Under the pieces are notes generated by a model, which saw nothing but the letters and a program-made list of their open reading frames with translations, searched no databases and was not told where the DNA came from. From Candidatus Nomurabacteria bacterium GW2011_GWD2_36_14 (GTDB taxonomy: Bacteria; Patescibacteriota; Minisyncoccia; Phycocordibacterales; UBA9973): a stretch of 64,000 nt of DNA. This document shows, piece after piece, positions 19,258 through 28,854 of the stretch (positions are counted from its first letter, which is position 1; every line of letters begins with the position of its first letter). Made by a program: the position numbers and the translations under genes. The stretch covers positions 379,200 to 443,199 of the forward strand of contig LBRL01000001.1 of NCBI GenBank assembly GCA_000991405.1, read 5' to 3'.

Positions 19258-19780
19258 AAAGAACAAGTGCTCTCTGATGATAACTCTTCACAGTATTTAG
19301 AGGTTTATCCATTACTTCCCCTATCTCTTTGAAAGTCATGTCCTCTTGATAACGAAGTATTAGGACTTCTCTGTATTGGACTGGAGTTTCATCTAATACT
19401 TTTATTAGCATTTCTTTATCTTGTAATTTTTGATACACCTCATCTGGTAAAATTTCCTCATCTAAAACATTCTCTTCTATTAATTCTTCATCATTCAAAA
19501 AAGAAAAAGGAATAGATTTCTTCTTGCGTAAATAATCCGTAATAGAATTGCGAGCAATTGTAAAAATCCAAGTTTTAAACTGAGATTTATTTTCATCAAA
19601 ATTTTTCAAATTCTTCCAAACTTTTATAAAAACTTCTTGAGTCGTATCTTTGGCTTGCTCATAACCAACAAACCTAGATGAAAAATTGTAAATGGAAGAA
19701 GTATATCTGTCTATAAGCATTTTTAAAGAAGCTTGATTTCCATCAAGATATTTTTTTATTAAAATATGATCTCCTTCCAT
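19238..19780 (-). CDS. ECF RNA polymerase sigma factor
   Basis: DTTQEVFIKVW, FKTWIFTIARN, region 4 EIGEVMDKPLNTVKS. Confidence 0.93.
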   Translation of the reverse strand: MEGDHILIKKYLDGNQASLKMLIDRYTSSIYNFSSRFVGYEQAKDTTQEVFIKVWKNLKNFDENKSQFKTWIFTIARNSITDYLRKKKSIPFSFLNDEELIEENVLDEEILPDEVYQKLQDKEMLIKVLDETPVQYREVLILRYQEDMTFKEIGEVMDKPLNTVKSYHQRALVLLHQKLK

Positions 19781-19815
19781 TACACCAATATACTACTAAA
19801 TACAAAATATGAAAA

Positions 19816-20430
19816 TTAATCATTGTACCTAGGATGTTCTTCGGGTATAGAGAGTAGGTGGTTCGCATAGCGCGACATTGCAAACAATATAGATGATAGA
19901 CGATTGAGATATGCAATAGTAATAGGCCCGACCTTGCGGTGACCCTCGTCTAAGACAGCTACGATTCTCCTTTCGCATCTTCTAGCTAAAGTTCTAGAGA
20001 AGTCGAGTTCGGCACTCAATATACTTCCTCCGGAAATAGTAAAAGAAGTGATAGGGGGTAAAACGTCGCTAATGCAACTAATGATGTGTTCTACTTTGGT
20101 TAGATTCTTCTTCTTGACTGTCATATCGGAACCAGCGATTTCTGCTTGAATGATGAAAAGTGTTTGCTGGATGTCGCTTAGAATATCACTGAATAGAATC
20201 TTCTTCTTAATACTTACAGGTACTTTGGACTGCTCGGTATTGGCATAAACTTTCACTAAGCCCAAGTAAGCATTGAGTTCATCGAGAGCTCCTAAGGCTT
20301 CTATAATGTTGGCACTTTTAGAAATCCGCCCCTGATCACAATGAAAGAGCGTCGTGGTCCCATTGTCCCCCCGGCCTGTATATAAGGCAGATTTATGATA
20401 TTTGGTGTTTGATTGTGGCTTTTTGGGCAT
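19816..20430 (-). CDS. PduO-type ATP:cob(I)alamin adenosyltransferase
   Basis: LYTGRGDNGTT, GALDELNAYLG, RTLARRCERR, YLNRLSSILF. Confidence 0.9.
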   Translation of the reverse strand: MPKKPQSNTKYHKSALYTGRGDNGTTTLFHCDQGRISKSANIIEALGALDELNAYLGLVKVYANTEQSKVPVSIKKKILFSDILSDIQQTLFIIQAEIAGSDMTVKKKNLTKVEHIISCISDVLPPITSFTISGGSILSAELDFSRTLARRCERRIVAVLDEGHRKVGPITIAYLNRLSSILFAMSRYANHLLSIPEEHPRYND

Positions 20431-20499
20431 GAATTTATTATATCCTACCCTTAAATTCCATCAAAATTTGACTTTTACTGTATAAATGTTAATATATAA

Positions 20500-20931
20500 A
20501 TGAACCCAAAAAGCAAAAAAATGTATTTACTAAAAATTTTAGTGCTGTATTCTGACGAAAAAAATCTTCTTAAATCAAAAGAGGAGATTGAGAATCGTCT
20601 TTTTAAAAGAGTCAAAGAGGATGAAAATATTGACATAATAGTATCTTCCTCTTTTATTAATAATGATATTGCAACTAATCCCGAGATATTGAAAGATATT
20701 GATGGAATTCTCTACACCTCTGATGTTCAGAGGAAGGACGTCGAGAAATTGACGCCAATATTAAAAGAAACTTCAAATGATATTGAATTTGCAAGAATTC
20801 GTGTCAGTCTAGTTGGTGAAACTGGTCCAATCGATTATGCTGTAAAAGATGTAATAACACTAACTAATTTCGACCTCTATCCATACATAATTAGGTATAA
20901 AAATATGGAGGTGGAAAAATTCTTTAATTAA
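20500..20931 (+). CDS. Hypothetical protein
   Basis: 143 aa ORF, no recognised motif. Confidence 0.6.
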   Translation: MNPKSKKMYLLKILVLYSDEKNLLKSKEEIENRLFKRVKEDENIDIIVSSSFINNDIATNPEILKDIDGILYTSDVQRKDVEKLTPILKETSNDIEFARIRVSLVGETGPIDYAVKDVITLTNFDLYPYIIRYKNMEVEKFFN

Positions 20932-20978
20932 CTTTTTTTTGTTTTTAAATGTTTTTTATCATTGTTAAAAGCTAACTT

Positions 20979-21296
20979 ATGAAAATGTTATTAGTTATTA
21001 CTGGTTTTCTACAAGAAGACTTCGGGAATCGGAATGAGATTTCTAAAAAAGAATCGTCTTTTCTTTTTGAAAATAACATTGCGAATGATTGCAATGTTAA
21101 GTTCTTTCATCTTAAGCGTCAAGATCTAAGAGTCCTTGATAATCTTTTGAGGGAACATGTTTTATATAACTTGTCTGTATTTTTTACTGATGGAATATCA
21201 GAAACAGCACAAGGTATATATAAAACATATATTTCAGAAAGAAAAAGTAGTGTTACTTTCTTGGAAAAGCTACCCCGAGTTCTTGAGACTTGCTAA
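20979..21296 (+). CDS. Hypothetical protein
   Basis: 105 aa ORF followed by a terminator. Confidence 0.55.
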   Translation: MKMLLVITGFLQEDFGNRNEISKKESSFLFENNIANDCNVKFFHLKRQDLRVLDNLLREHVLYNLSVFFTDGISETAQGIYKTYISERKSSVTFLEKLPRVLETC

Positions 21297-21311
21297 AAAC
21301 TTGTAAATTTG

Positions 21312-21346
21312 AAGTCCCCAAATCTGTCTAACAGATTTGGGGACTT
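21312..21346. terminator. Bidirectional hairpin terminator
   Basis: aagtccccaaatctgt-cta-acagatttggggactt between convergent genes. Confidence 0.8.
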
Positions 21347-21364
21347 TATTATTTCAAGTAAAAT

Positions 21365-22504
21365 TTATTTATGATATTTACCCACTGCTTCACTTACACT
21401 CTTGTATCCATCCTTTCGTAAAAGCTTCGCTAGGTCTCTATTGATCTTGCCTATGACACTTGGACCTTCGTATATCATGCCGGTGATCATTTGCACAAGA
21501 CTTGCTCCTCTTTTGATCTTCTCATAAGCATCTTTACCTGTGAAGATTCCTCCGCATCCTATAATTATAAATCTATCTTTGTATTTCTTGTAAACTTCAC
21601 TTATCAGATTATTGGAAAATTCTTCGGTAGGTTTACCGCTAAAGTTCCCCTTCCCTGCATTCTTTATTTCCGTCTGATCAAAGCAAGCATTTTCTCGATT
21701 CTTGACCAAGTTGGACATTATGACTCCTGATATCCACTTGTATTTATCTGCCACAGCAAGCAGTGCTAAAGTCTCTGCCACGCTTTTCTCGGCGTGCATT
21801 TTTATAAACAAAGGTTTGTTGATATTCAAGTATGAAAGCTTATTTAGAAGAATTGCGAATCCGACAGGATCATCGAACTTCTCTTTCAAGTTCTCAACAT
21901 TTATAAGATTCGGGCAACTTATATTGAGTTCATAATAATCAAAATAATTCACCTTCAAAGCAAGCTCAAAGGAAAGGTAGACGTCATCGGCCATATCCTC
22001 TATCTTTTTATAAGCTCTATTGGTCGCACCAATACTGAGTCCTAGGGGTATAGTACCCGCCTCTTCGGACTGATGCCGCCCTCGAGGCGACTCCTTAATT
22101 TTCTTTAATACAGCCTCCATGCCCATACTTTTGAAACCTTTGTTTACAAGCAAAGACTTGGACTTGGGAAGTCGTCCGAGCATAGGTCTTGGATTGCCGG
22201 CATAAGGTAAGTGGGTTACAGTCCCAATAGTATGAAAACCGAAACCAACAGAAGGAAGTACTTCTATCAGATCAGCATCGTAGTCAAAGCCAGCCGAAAG
22301 ACCGACCGGATTGGTGAAATTAATACCAGCAACTTTTGTATTTAATACAGAATCTTTGTAAGGCAAAATCTTACTAAGTAAATTTTTAGTAAAATTTATA
22401 CTACCTAAAAGCCTTCCTCTCTTTAAGAAAAAGGTATGAACATCATCCGCAGGGAATTTGAAAAGTATGGGTTTAATAATTTTCTTATAGATAAATCCAA
22501 TCAT
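21365..22504 (-). CDS. pyrD: Dihydroorotate dehydrogenase (class 2-like)
   Basis: NPVGLSAGFD, GNPRP, LNISCPN, GNFSGKP, IIGCGGI, GASLVQ. Confidence 0.92.
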   Translation of the reverse strand: MIGFIYKKIIKPILFKFPADDVHTFFLKRGRLLGSINFTKNLLSKILPYKDSVLNTKVAGINFTNPVGLSAGFDYDADLIEVLPSVGFGFHTIGTVTHLPYAGNPRPMLGRLPKSKSLLVNKGFKSMGMEAVLKKIKESPRGRHQSEEAGTIPLGLSIGATNRAYKKIEDMADDVYLSFELALKVNYFDYYELNISCPNLINVENLKEKFDDPVGFAILLNKLSYLNINKPLFIKMHAEKSVAETLALLAVADKYKWISGVIMSNLVKNRENACFDQTEIKNAGKGNFSGKPTEEFSNNLISEVYKKYKDRFIIIGCGGIFTGKDAYEKIKRGASLVQMITGMIYEGPSVIGKINRDLAKLLRKDGYKSVSEAVGKYHK

Positions 22505-22559
22505 ATACTACTCAGTATAACATTTTATTTGAAAATTATAGATATTGACGAATTAGTAA

Positions 22560-22587
22560 TTCTAAATTCTTAATTCTTAATTCTTAA
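22560..22587. repeat. Heptamer ttcttaa tandem array at the zwf stop
   Basis: ttctaaa ttcttaa ttcttaa ttcttaa. Confidence 0.55.
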
Positions 22588-23911
22588 TTTCTTCTACAGT
22601 ACTACCTTTCTTATAAATTATTAAATCATAAGTACTAGTTGACCAAGCCTTCTGTAGTCCGTCTAATATACGCCAAGTTTCTATAACTTCTTCACTCGTT
22701 GAGAAGAGACTATGGTCACCATTGATAGCATTGAAAAGCACTTGCTCATAAGCTTCTGGAAGTGCAGTATAGTGATCCTTGAAAGAGAAATTTAGTGCAT
22801 GACGACTGACTTGATGCTCATACCCCGGACGCTTGGCCCAGACAGAGAAAGATATCCCCTCGTCTGGCTGAAGTCTCAAAAGTAATTCGTTGGATTCGCG
22901 ATCATTATCTTTTCTATAAAGAATTTTTATTTCTGTAAATTTGTCTTTCAGAGCTTTCCCTGTGGTAAGATTAATCTTGACTCCTTGCCACTTTGGATCA
23001 CTAGAGACTAAGTCTATCGAGGCAAAAGTCTCTACCATACTGTGCGGATTCTGTACTTCTTCTCGGTAGCCATGATATTGACCACGCTTTACATGAGCTG
23101 ACAATGAAGGAACGGATGGAATACTAATCTGCCTCAAAGCTTCATAACGTAAGTTGGGGACTTCTTCGATGTGCCCTTCCTCTGGAATATCCATGAGGGT
23201 CAAGGCTAGAAGCTGAAGTAAGTGACTTTGAATTAAGTCTCGAAGTGCCCCAGTCTGCTCGTAAAAGTTTGCTCGGCCTTCTATTCCGATTTCTTCGCTG
23301 ACAACAATTTCAATCTTGTCAATAAAATCTTTGTTCCAAGTTTTCTTGAAAAGAGAATTCCCTTCACGGAAAACTATAATATTCTGGGCTGTTTCCTTGG
23401 CCAAGTAGTGGTCAATACGATAGATCTGCTCTCTCTTGAAATATTTATCGATATGCTCTACTAACTCCGTCGCACTTTCTAAATTAATACCAAAAGGCTT
23501 CTCAAGCAAAAGCTTGGTATTGTCCTTCTCGGCAAAACCTTCTTTCCCCAAGAATTCAATAATCGACTTGGAAGTGTTTGGGGGAACTGAAAGATAAAAT
23601 AAATACTGAGCAGAAGTTCCAAACTCTCTTTCGATTTCTTCTAAACGAATTCTTAACTTTCGATAATCTTCCTCTCTCAGAAGATTCATTTCAAACATTT
23701 CCGTACTCTTCAGGAGATAATCCTTGTTGACTGTATGTTTTAACAAATTTTCTAAATTAATATCTGACTGACGAGTAACACCAATAATTCGAAAATTTGA
23801 AGGAATCATGCCAGTCATGGCAATCTGCCCGATAGCCGGAAGAAGCTTCCTCTTCGATAAATCGCCAGAGATTCCGATAATAATTAAAATTGTTGGTTGA
23901 TCATTTTTCAT
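22577..23911 (-). CDS. zwf: Glucose-6-phosphate 1-dehydrogenase
   Basis: GISGDLSKRKLLP, EKPFG, RIDHYLAKE, RDLIQSHLLQ. Confidence 0.96.
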   Translation of the reverse strand: MKNDQPTILIIIGISGDLSKRKLLPAIGQIAMTGMIPSNFRIIGVTRQSDINLENLLKHTVNKDYLLKSTEMFEMNLLREEDYRKLRIRLEEIEREFGTSAQYLFYLSVPPNTSKSIIEFLGKEGFAEKDNTKLLLEKPFGINLESATELVEHIDKYFKREQIYRIDHYLAKETAQNIIVFREGNSLFKKTWNKDFIDKIEIVVSEEIGIEGRANFYEQTGALRDLIQSHLLQLLALTLMDIPEEGHIEEVPNLRYEALRQISIPSVPSLSAHVKRGQYHGYREEVQNPHSMVETFASIDLVSSDPKWQGVKINLTTGKALKDKFTEIKILYRKDNDRESNELLLRLQPDEGISFSVWAKRPGYEHQVSRHALNFSFKDHYTALPEAYEQVLFNAINGDHSLFSTSEEVIETWRILDGLQKAWSTSTYDLIIYKKGSTVEEIKN

Positions 23912-23916
23912 TACTT

Positions 23917-24822
23917 TTATTTCTCATTTATTTTGTGTCCTCCGAAAGCATTCCTCATAGATGCGACCAACTTCGTCGCATAGTTTACAAGTCCCTTTTG
24001 AGAGTCCAGTCGAACATCAAAGGAAGACTGTATGGCCCGAGTCTCAATGTTGAATTCTTTAGCTACTTCGAGAGCCCAACGTGCCTCACCTGACTCTGTG
24101 ACCTTGCCTTCTACTCCATCTTGGTTTGGATTTACTTTCATTATATCTCTTGTAAGTTCATTGAGCCATGAAGTGATAACGCTATGATGTTGCCAGACCT
24201 CACCTGCCTTGTACAAGTCTATATCTTTATATGGACCTTCCTTAAGTATATGATACCCTTCGGCCAAGCTTTGCATCATGCCGTATTCGATAGCATTGTG
24301 AACCATCTTCACATAGTGCCCCGATCCACTTTCTCCGAAGTGGGCATACATACCTTCGGGATTCTTCAATGTTTCAAGTATGGGCTTTATAATTTCAAAG
24401 GAAGCGCTATCTCCACCTACCATCATTGAGAAGCCGTTCTGATAGCCCCAGACGCCGCCCGACGTGCCTATGTCGATAAGTGTTGATCCCTGAGCCAAGA
24501 CTGCTTCAGCTCTTCTCTTCGTATCACTCCATTTAGAATTCCCACCGTCAATCAGAATACTGCCGACAGGTACTAGCCTGAGCCATGTGTCTAGCTCAGC
24601 ATCGACTGTATCGGATGGTATCATGAGCCAGACGATAACTTGATCAGTTCCAAAAGAAGATACAACTTCCTCTTTCGTATAAGCACCGATCATACCCAAA
24701 CTTTTCATTTCATCTACTGCACCACTGCTCCTGTTGGAAGCTATGACCGTATGCCCGCCCTCGTGCAACTTGCGAGCTATCTGTGAACCCATTTTGCCTA
24801 AACCAACGATTGCTATTCTCAT
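23917..24822 (-). CDS. gnd: 6-phosphogluconate dehydrogenase, decarboxylating (short type)
   Basis: GLGKMG, IDGGNS, GTSGGVWG, GHYVKMVHNAIEYG, MRNAFGGH. Confidence 0.95.
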   Translation of the reverse strand: MRIAIVGLGKMGSQIARKLHEGGHTVIASNRSSGAVDEMKSLGMIGAYTKEEVVSSFGTDQVIVWLMIPSDTVDAELDTWLRLVPVGSILIDGGNSKWSDTKRRAEAVLAQGSTLIDIGTSGGVWGYQNGFSMMVGGDSASFEIIKPILETLKNPEGMYAHFGESGSGHYVKMVHNAIEYGMMQSLAEGYHILKEGPYKDIDLYKAGEVWQHHSVITSWLNELTRDIMKVNPNQDGVEGKVTESGEARWALEVAKEFNIETRAIQSSFDVRLDSQKGLVNYATKLVASMRNAFGGHKINEK

Positions 24823-24927
24823 CCGCCTAAATTTTTTACTAAATTAACGTTTATCATTAATGATATATTAATAAAGAAAAAAGAAATTAAATTTATAATA
24901 ATTAATATTTTAAAAATTTTGGTGGAT

Positions 24928-25593
24928 TCATTCCACTTTATAATCTGTAAAAATTGTAAATAATGGAACACTCTTCAGTATTTGTGCTGGCTCTTCGTCG
25001 ATAGATACGTCAGTCGCCAGCTTCTCTATTGCTGGCCATTTATTCTCTCCTACTGCGTAGAGTACTGCTTCATCGAGCATCTTGATAGTCTTCCCTGTTA
25101 TGGTCATACGATCATGTAAGTCCGTCTCGTATGTGCACACCAACTCTTCGCTCTTTACCGCTTCTGTATGAGGTAGGATACCTGCAGTATGACCGTCTAT
25201 ACCTATCCCGAAAATTCCAATTTTATATTCTGCATTTTTCAATTCCTCTGATAAAGCTTCTCTTATATCTTCTGTCGTTTCCTTCATGTCCTTTCCAGAG
25301 AGGAATGGTATTATCTTGGCTTTCAGTATCCTAAATCCAGAATTTGTAAGCTTGAACCAATTGGATTCAGGATGTCCAAGATGACCAAATCTTTCATCAC
25401 ATAGTGTTACAACTAACGTCCCTGATAAGCTTATATCTATCTTGTCAGCAATTTTCACTTCTACGGGAATAGCCGAGCCACCAGAAACAAACCAGAGAAC
25501 CTTCTTCCCTTGTTTTAGCTTTTCGTTTATAGATGAGGATACAAACTCCACTACCTCTTCTATGTCTTTAATTGTTTTAATATTTAAATTCAT
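24928..25593 (-). CDS. pgl: 6-phosphogluconolactonase
   Basis: SGGS, DERF, SNW, GIGIDGHTAGI; upstream of gnd-zwf. Confidence 0.85.
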   Translation of the reverse strand: MNLNIKTIKDIEEVVEFVSSSINEKLKQGKKVLWFVSGGSAIPVEVKIADKIDISLSGTLVVTLCDERFGHLGHPESNWFKLTNSGFRILKAKIIPFLSGKDMKETTEDIREALSEELKNAEYKIGIFGIGIDGHTAGILPHTEAVKSEELVCTYETDLHDRMTITGKTIKMLDEAVLYAVGENKWPAIEKLATDVSIDEEPAQILKSVPLFTIFTDYKVE

Positions 25594-25652
25594 AATATAT
25601 TATATTTTGCACCTCAATGTATATTATACCATTATCGTCAAACTTTAATACA

Positions 25653-25687
25653 AACTAAAATAAGGCCATTTTGGCCTTATTTTAGTT
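25653..25687. terminator. Hairpin terminator
   Basis: aactaaaataaggcca-ttt-tggccttattttagtt. Confidence 0.7.
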
Positions 25688-25702
25688 ATATTTATCATCT
25701 GT

Positions 25703-25762
25703 AAACCAAAATCTCCGCTAGGCCTTGCCTAGGGGGAATCCCCCCCAGTCCGACTGGTGGGG
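25703..25762. repeat. Truncated copy of the CTT-loop repeat, joined to a second hairpin
   Basis: aaaccaaaatctccgctaggccttgcctag (identical to 27537..27566) followed by ccccccagtccgactggtgggg. Confidence 0.7.
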
Positions 25763-25771
25763 AAATCTAAT

Positions 25772-26038
25772 TTATAAGGATTTATAAATATCTTTTCTGT
25801 GTCCTATTGCGAATAGAATGACATTGTCACAAGATAGACGGAAGATACCTCTATAGACCCTCGTAATTCTAAAAGAGTACACATGCTCATCGGGGAATCC
25901 TTTTAACTTTTTAGTGTGAAGTTTTGAATCAAAAATATCTTTTACCAAAAGTTTTTCTTGTTCAAATAGTAAAGCTTTATCTTTCTTTGGTAAAGAAGTA
26001 ACACTTTTCTTGTAATTCTTAGTTTTTAAAAGAATCAT
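25772..26038 (-). CDS. RelE/ParE-superfamily toxin
   Basis: 88 aa basic protein; LHTKKLKG, SFRIT..YRGIF, AIGHRKDIY. Confidence 0.8.
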   Translation of the reverse strand: MILLKTKNYKKSVTSLPKKDKALLFEQEKLLVKDIFDSKLHTKKLKGFPDEHVYSFRITRVYRGIFRLSCDNVILFAIGHRKDIYKSL

Positions 26039-26041
26039 ATA

Positions 26042-26272
26042 TTATTTGAATTCTTTCAAAGACTCTTGATAAGCGGAAAGAATTTCTTTCTTGTTGATAT
26101 AAGAATCCAAGCTCTCAGTGGGCATCTTAGAAATTGTTATTCCTTGGTTGATTATAAATTGTCGGAGAGATGCATTTACAACATCAGCCAAAGAAAGCCC
26201 TAAATCTCTTGCTAGATCTTGTGCTTGTAACTTTAAATCCTTCTTGGTTTTAATTAAAATTGTTGTATCCAT
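26042..26272 (-). CDS. RelB/DinJ-like antitoxin
   Basis: TTILIKT..DLK..AQ.LA.DLGLSL.DVVN..LRQF RHH-like N-terminus; upstream of the toxin; ATG 26272. Confidence 0.75.
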   Translation of the reverse strand: MDTTILIKTKKDLKLQAQDLARDLGLSLADVVNASLRQFIINQGITISKMPTESLDSYINKKEILSAYQESLKEFK

Positions 26273-26332
26273 ATTCAAAAGTATATACTTTTGAATAATA
26301 GAAGTCAAGCATTCTAAGAGGATAAACACAAA

Positions 26333-26358
26333 GGGTCGGCGACTACTGTCGCCGACCC
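26333..26358. terminator. GC-rich hairpin
   Basis: gggtcggcgac-tact-gtcgccgaccc. Confidence 0.7.
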
Positions 26359-26380
26359 AAATTATGCTTTATTTTAAAGG

Positions 26381-27472
26381 TTAAAATATTTTAACTGATG
26401 CCATAATTTTATCAAGATCTAACAGTTCTGAATCAAGGAATTTATCCACATCAGTAGGAAATGTATAAGTAGATGGTCTTTCGTTATTTCCTAGACCAGA
26501 AAGCCTTTCTTCTATTATGTAACATTTATCTGTTGATTCGTAAAAATATTTTCTCCATTTAGATATTGAACTCATCCCACTCGTTTCTCCCCAATCAGGA
26601 TCTACAAACATATAAGAGGTTCCATTTATTACCCTTTTTTGTGTTGGTGAAGTTGGTAAGTAATCACTACAACTACTTTTACGAATAGTAAAATTTATTC
26701 CTTTTGAAGTCCAAGCATCATAATGGGTTTTAAAAGGAAGACTAACTGTTATTACAGATCCTTGAGTTAAATCAGTCCTACCTAATTGCTTTTCTGTAAT
26801 ATTTGCTGTTGATGGATAATCAAACTCAATTCCATATTCTTTATTAGTGTATGTCTTCAGATTTGAAGTAGAAGTTGCAGAATTTATTGTAAAATAATTA
26901 TCTGAATCATCGTTATACACAGCCCATTGAGGTTGTCTTCCTTCTGGCATAGGACCAGTGTATTTTTCTGTAAATACATAGTTTAAACGAATTTTAAATT
27001 TATTACCTAAAATAAACTTTTGCATATCTTTTTGCTCAGTAAGATAAATAGTCTCAATCCCATCATTAGGTGTTTGCTGTATAGCAACATTGTCAGCTAC
27101 TGTAAGTGGGTTTGATTTTAATTCATTTAATATATCTATTCCTATATCAACACCCGCTGGTATATTACAGCTCTTCCATTTTACATCCACTTTCTGATTA
27201 AGAACGTATGACTCTCCCCCATTTGGAGAAACAAGAATAATCCAAGGGGTTGTATCTTTTTCACAAACAGCAGACCCTCTTGATGGAACTTGTTCTTTGT
27301 TACCAATATCTCCATCACTACTATTTGATAAAGTATTACCATCTATAATTACACCTGTATTCCACTTATCGGTACTCTTCCCTACATAATACGCTCCTCC
27401 ACCAACGACCACTATACCCAAAACAATTGCCAATACTAGACCAATACCTATAATGCCTTTGTTTGTTTTCAT
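26381..27472 (-). CDS. Membrane-anchored/secreted protein with an Ig-like (SPNGGE) domain and a PsbP-like C-terminal domain
   Basis: Pilin-like N-terminus (NKG|II) plus TM; VSPNGGESY; KTYTNKEYGIEFDYP. Confidence 0.65.
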   Translation of the reverse strand: MKTNKGIIGIGLVLAIVLGIVVVGGGAYYVGKSTDKWNTGVIIDGNTLSNSSDGDIGNKEQVPSRGSAVCEKDTTPWIILVSPNGGESYVLNQKVDVKWKSCNIPAGVDIGIDILNELKSNPLTVADNVAIQQTPNDGIETIYLTEQKDMQKFILGNKFKIRLNYVFTEKYTGPMPEGRQPQWAVYNDDSDNYFTINSATSTSNLKTYTNKEYGIEFDYPSTANITEKQLGRTDLTQGSVITVSLPFKTHYDAWTSKGINFTIRKSSCSDYLPTSPTQKRVINGTSYMFVDPDWGETSGMSSISKWRKYFYESTDKCYIIEERLSGLGNNERPSTYTFPTDVDKFLDSELLDLDKIMASVKIF

Positions 27473-27538
27473 TTGTTTTTAATTAGATTGTTAATAAATA
27501 ACTATTAATATTATATACTTCTACTTTTGAAAGTACAA

Positions 27539-27579
27539 ACCAAAATCTCCGCTAGGCCTTGCCTAGCGGAGATTTTGGT
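27539..27579. repeat. Full CTT-loop palindromic repeat / terminator
   Basis: accaaaatctccgctaggc-ctt-gcctagcggagattttggt. Confidence 0.85.
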
Positions 27580-27586
27580 AATACAT

Positions 27587-28009
27587 TTATCTATTTGTAA
27601 ATTGACCTTGGCCCATCATTCCCATACCTCTAGCTCCTCTCTGTCCTCCTTTCATCATTGCTACTCTGTTCCTTACTCCATCTGGTGTTCTTAAACCCAG
27701 CTCTTTTCTTATAATATTTGCTTCTTTGATTTTGCCTTCTTTTGCTAGTCTCCATGCTTCAGCAAACTTTGGAAAATTCTCTCTTGTGATTAACTCATCG
27801 ACTCTACCCACTTTATTCTCTACAAGATTTCTCCAGCCATCATAATCGTTGTTCAGCATAACCCTAGTCATCTCTGATTCAAATTCTTGGCTATAATTTG
27901 GCCCTTTTTTTGTATAATCTCCTTGATAAGCAAAAGTTGCACTCGATACTCCTAAGCCCAACGTTAATGCGAGTAATCCACTCATTATTAATTTATTTCT
28001 ATTTTTCAT
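27587..28009 (-). CDS. Secreted hypothetical protein with a Gly/Met-rich tail; probable ECF target
   Basis: Signal peptide, AYQGD, GMGMMGQG tail. Confidence 0.7.
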   Translation of the reverse strand: MKNRNKLIMSGLLALTLGLGVSSATFAYQGDYTKKGPNYSQEFESEMTRVMLNNDYDGWRNLVENKVGRVDELITRENFPKFAEAWRLAKEGKIKEANIIRKELGLRTPDGVRNRVAMMKGGQRGARGMGMMGQGQFTNR

Positions 28010-28092
28010 AATTATAAGTATTATTTTGTTTTACACTACAAAATATATTGTTAGATTTTTAATCCATAAGTAATCGTCATTACTTACACTTA

Positions 28093-28122
28093 TAATACGC
28101 AAGGTTTTAGTATTTTATCTCA
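28093..28122 (-). promoter_or_regulatory. Putative ECF promoter TGAGATAA-N13-TGCGTATTA
   Basis: Same boxes and spacing as 29451..29480. Confidence 0.65.
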
Positions 28123-28846
28123 TCATACCTCTTCGCATTCCTATCCAAGGTCTTATCTCGTCTGCAATACAAATAGTCTCCATACATTTACCTATAATTT
28201 TTATTCTTTCACCTATTTCTATCTCTACCCTTCCTCGAAGGTACACATCTTGCATATTTATAATCCAAATAAAACCATCAGAATCAATAACTTCTACCTC
28301 ATTGTCCATAACACGTATGATTCTACCAGAAAGGAATCCAGCTTCCGGATGAGACCAAACTTCATATCTATTGAGCATAACATGACGATAAATGGGCGCT
28401 TCGTTCTCTAAAGACTGCTCTATCAACCTACCTGTTCCAATTAGATAAAATAAAGAACCGAAAACAGTTGTAGATACCAAATAAACTCCCATGATTAAAA
28501 TAAAGCCACGTCTATGCCCCAAATATGTTTTTCTATAATAATATTCTCCTAAAACAGTAAAAACAGCCAAAGAAATTAACCAAAAATAAGGTAGGGTTCT
28601 AAAAATAAAACTAAATCCAATTTTATTATACAAATCCCAATCATTATTAAATAAAGCAGACAATACAAGTGAGAAAGTAATAGCTCCAATTATAAATGAA
28701 CTGGCAACTAAAACCCAGAAAAGTACTCGCTTGATACTAAAAATATTCCGTGAAATTGGTTTAATCCCCTCATCCTTTATTCTTTCTATTGCTATTTGAC
28801 TTATATTTCTATTTTCCATAATATTTTTTAATAATGTTTTATTCAC
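28115..28846 (-). CDS. Putative membrane anti-sigma factor with a C-terminal OB-like domain
   Basis: Three TM segments; directly downstream of an ECF sigma. Confidence 0.6.
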   Translation of the reverse strand: MNKTLLKNIMENRNISQIAIERIKDEGIKPISRNIFSIKRVLFWVLVASSFIIGAITFSLVLSALFNNDWDLYNKIGFSFIFRTLPYFWLISLAVFTVLGEYYYRKTYLGHRRGFILIMGVYLVSTTVFGSLFYLIGTGRLIEQSLENEAPIYRHVMLNRYEVWSHPEAGFLSGRIIRVMDNEVEVIDSDGFIWIINMQDVYLRGRVEIEIGERIKIIGKCMETICIADEIRPWIGMRRGMMR

Positions 28847-28854
28847 TATGACGA

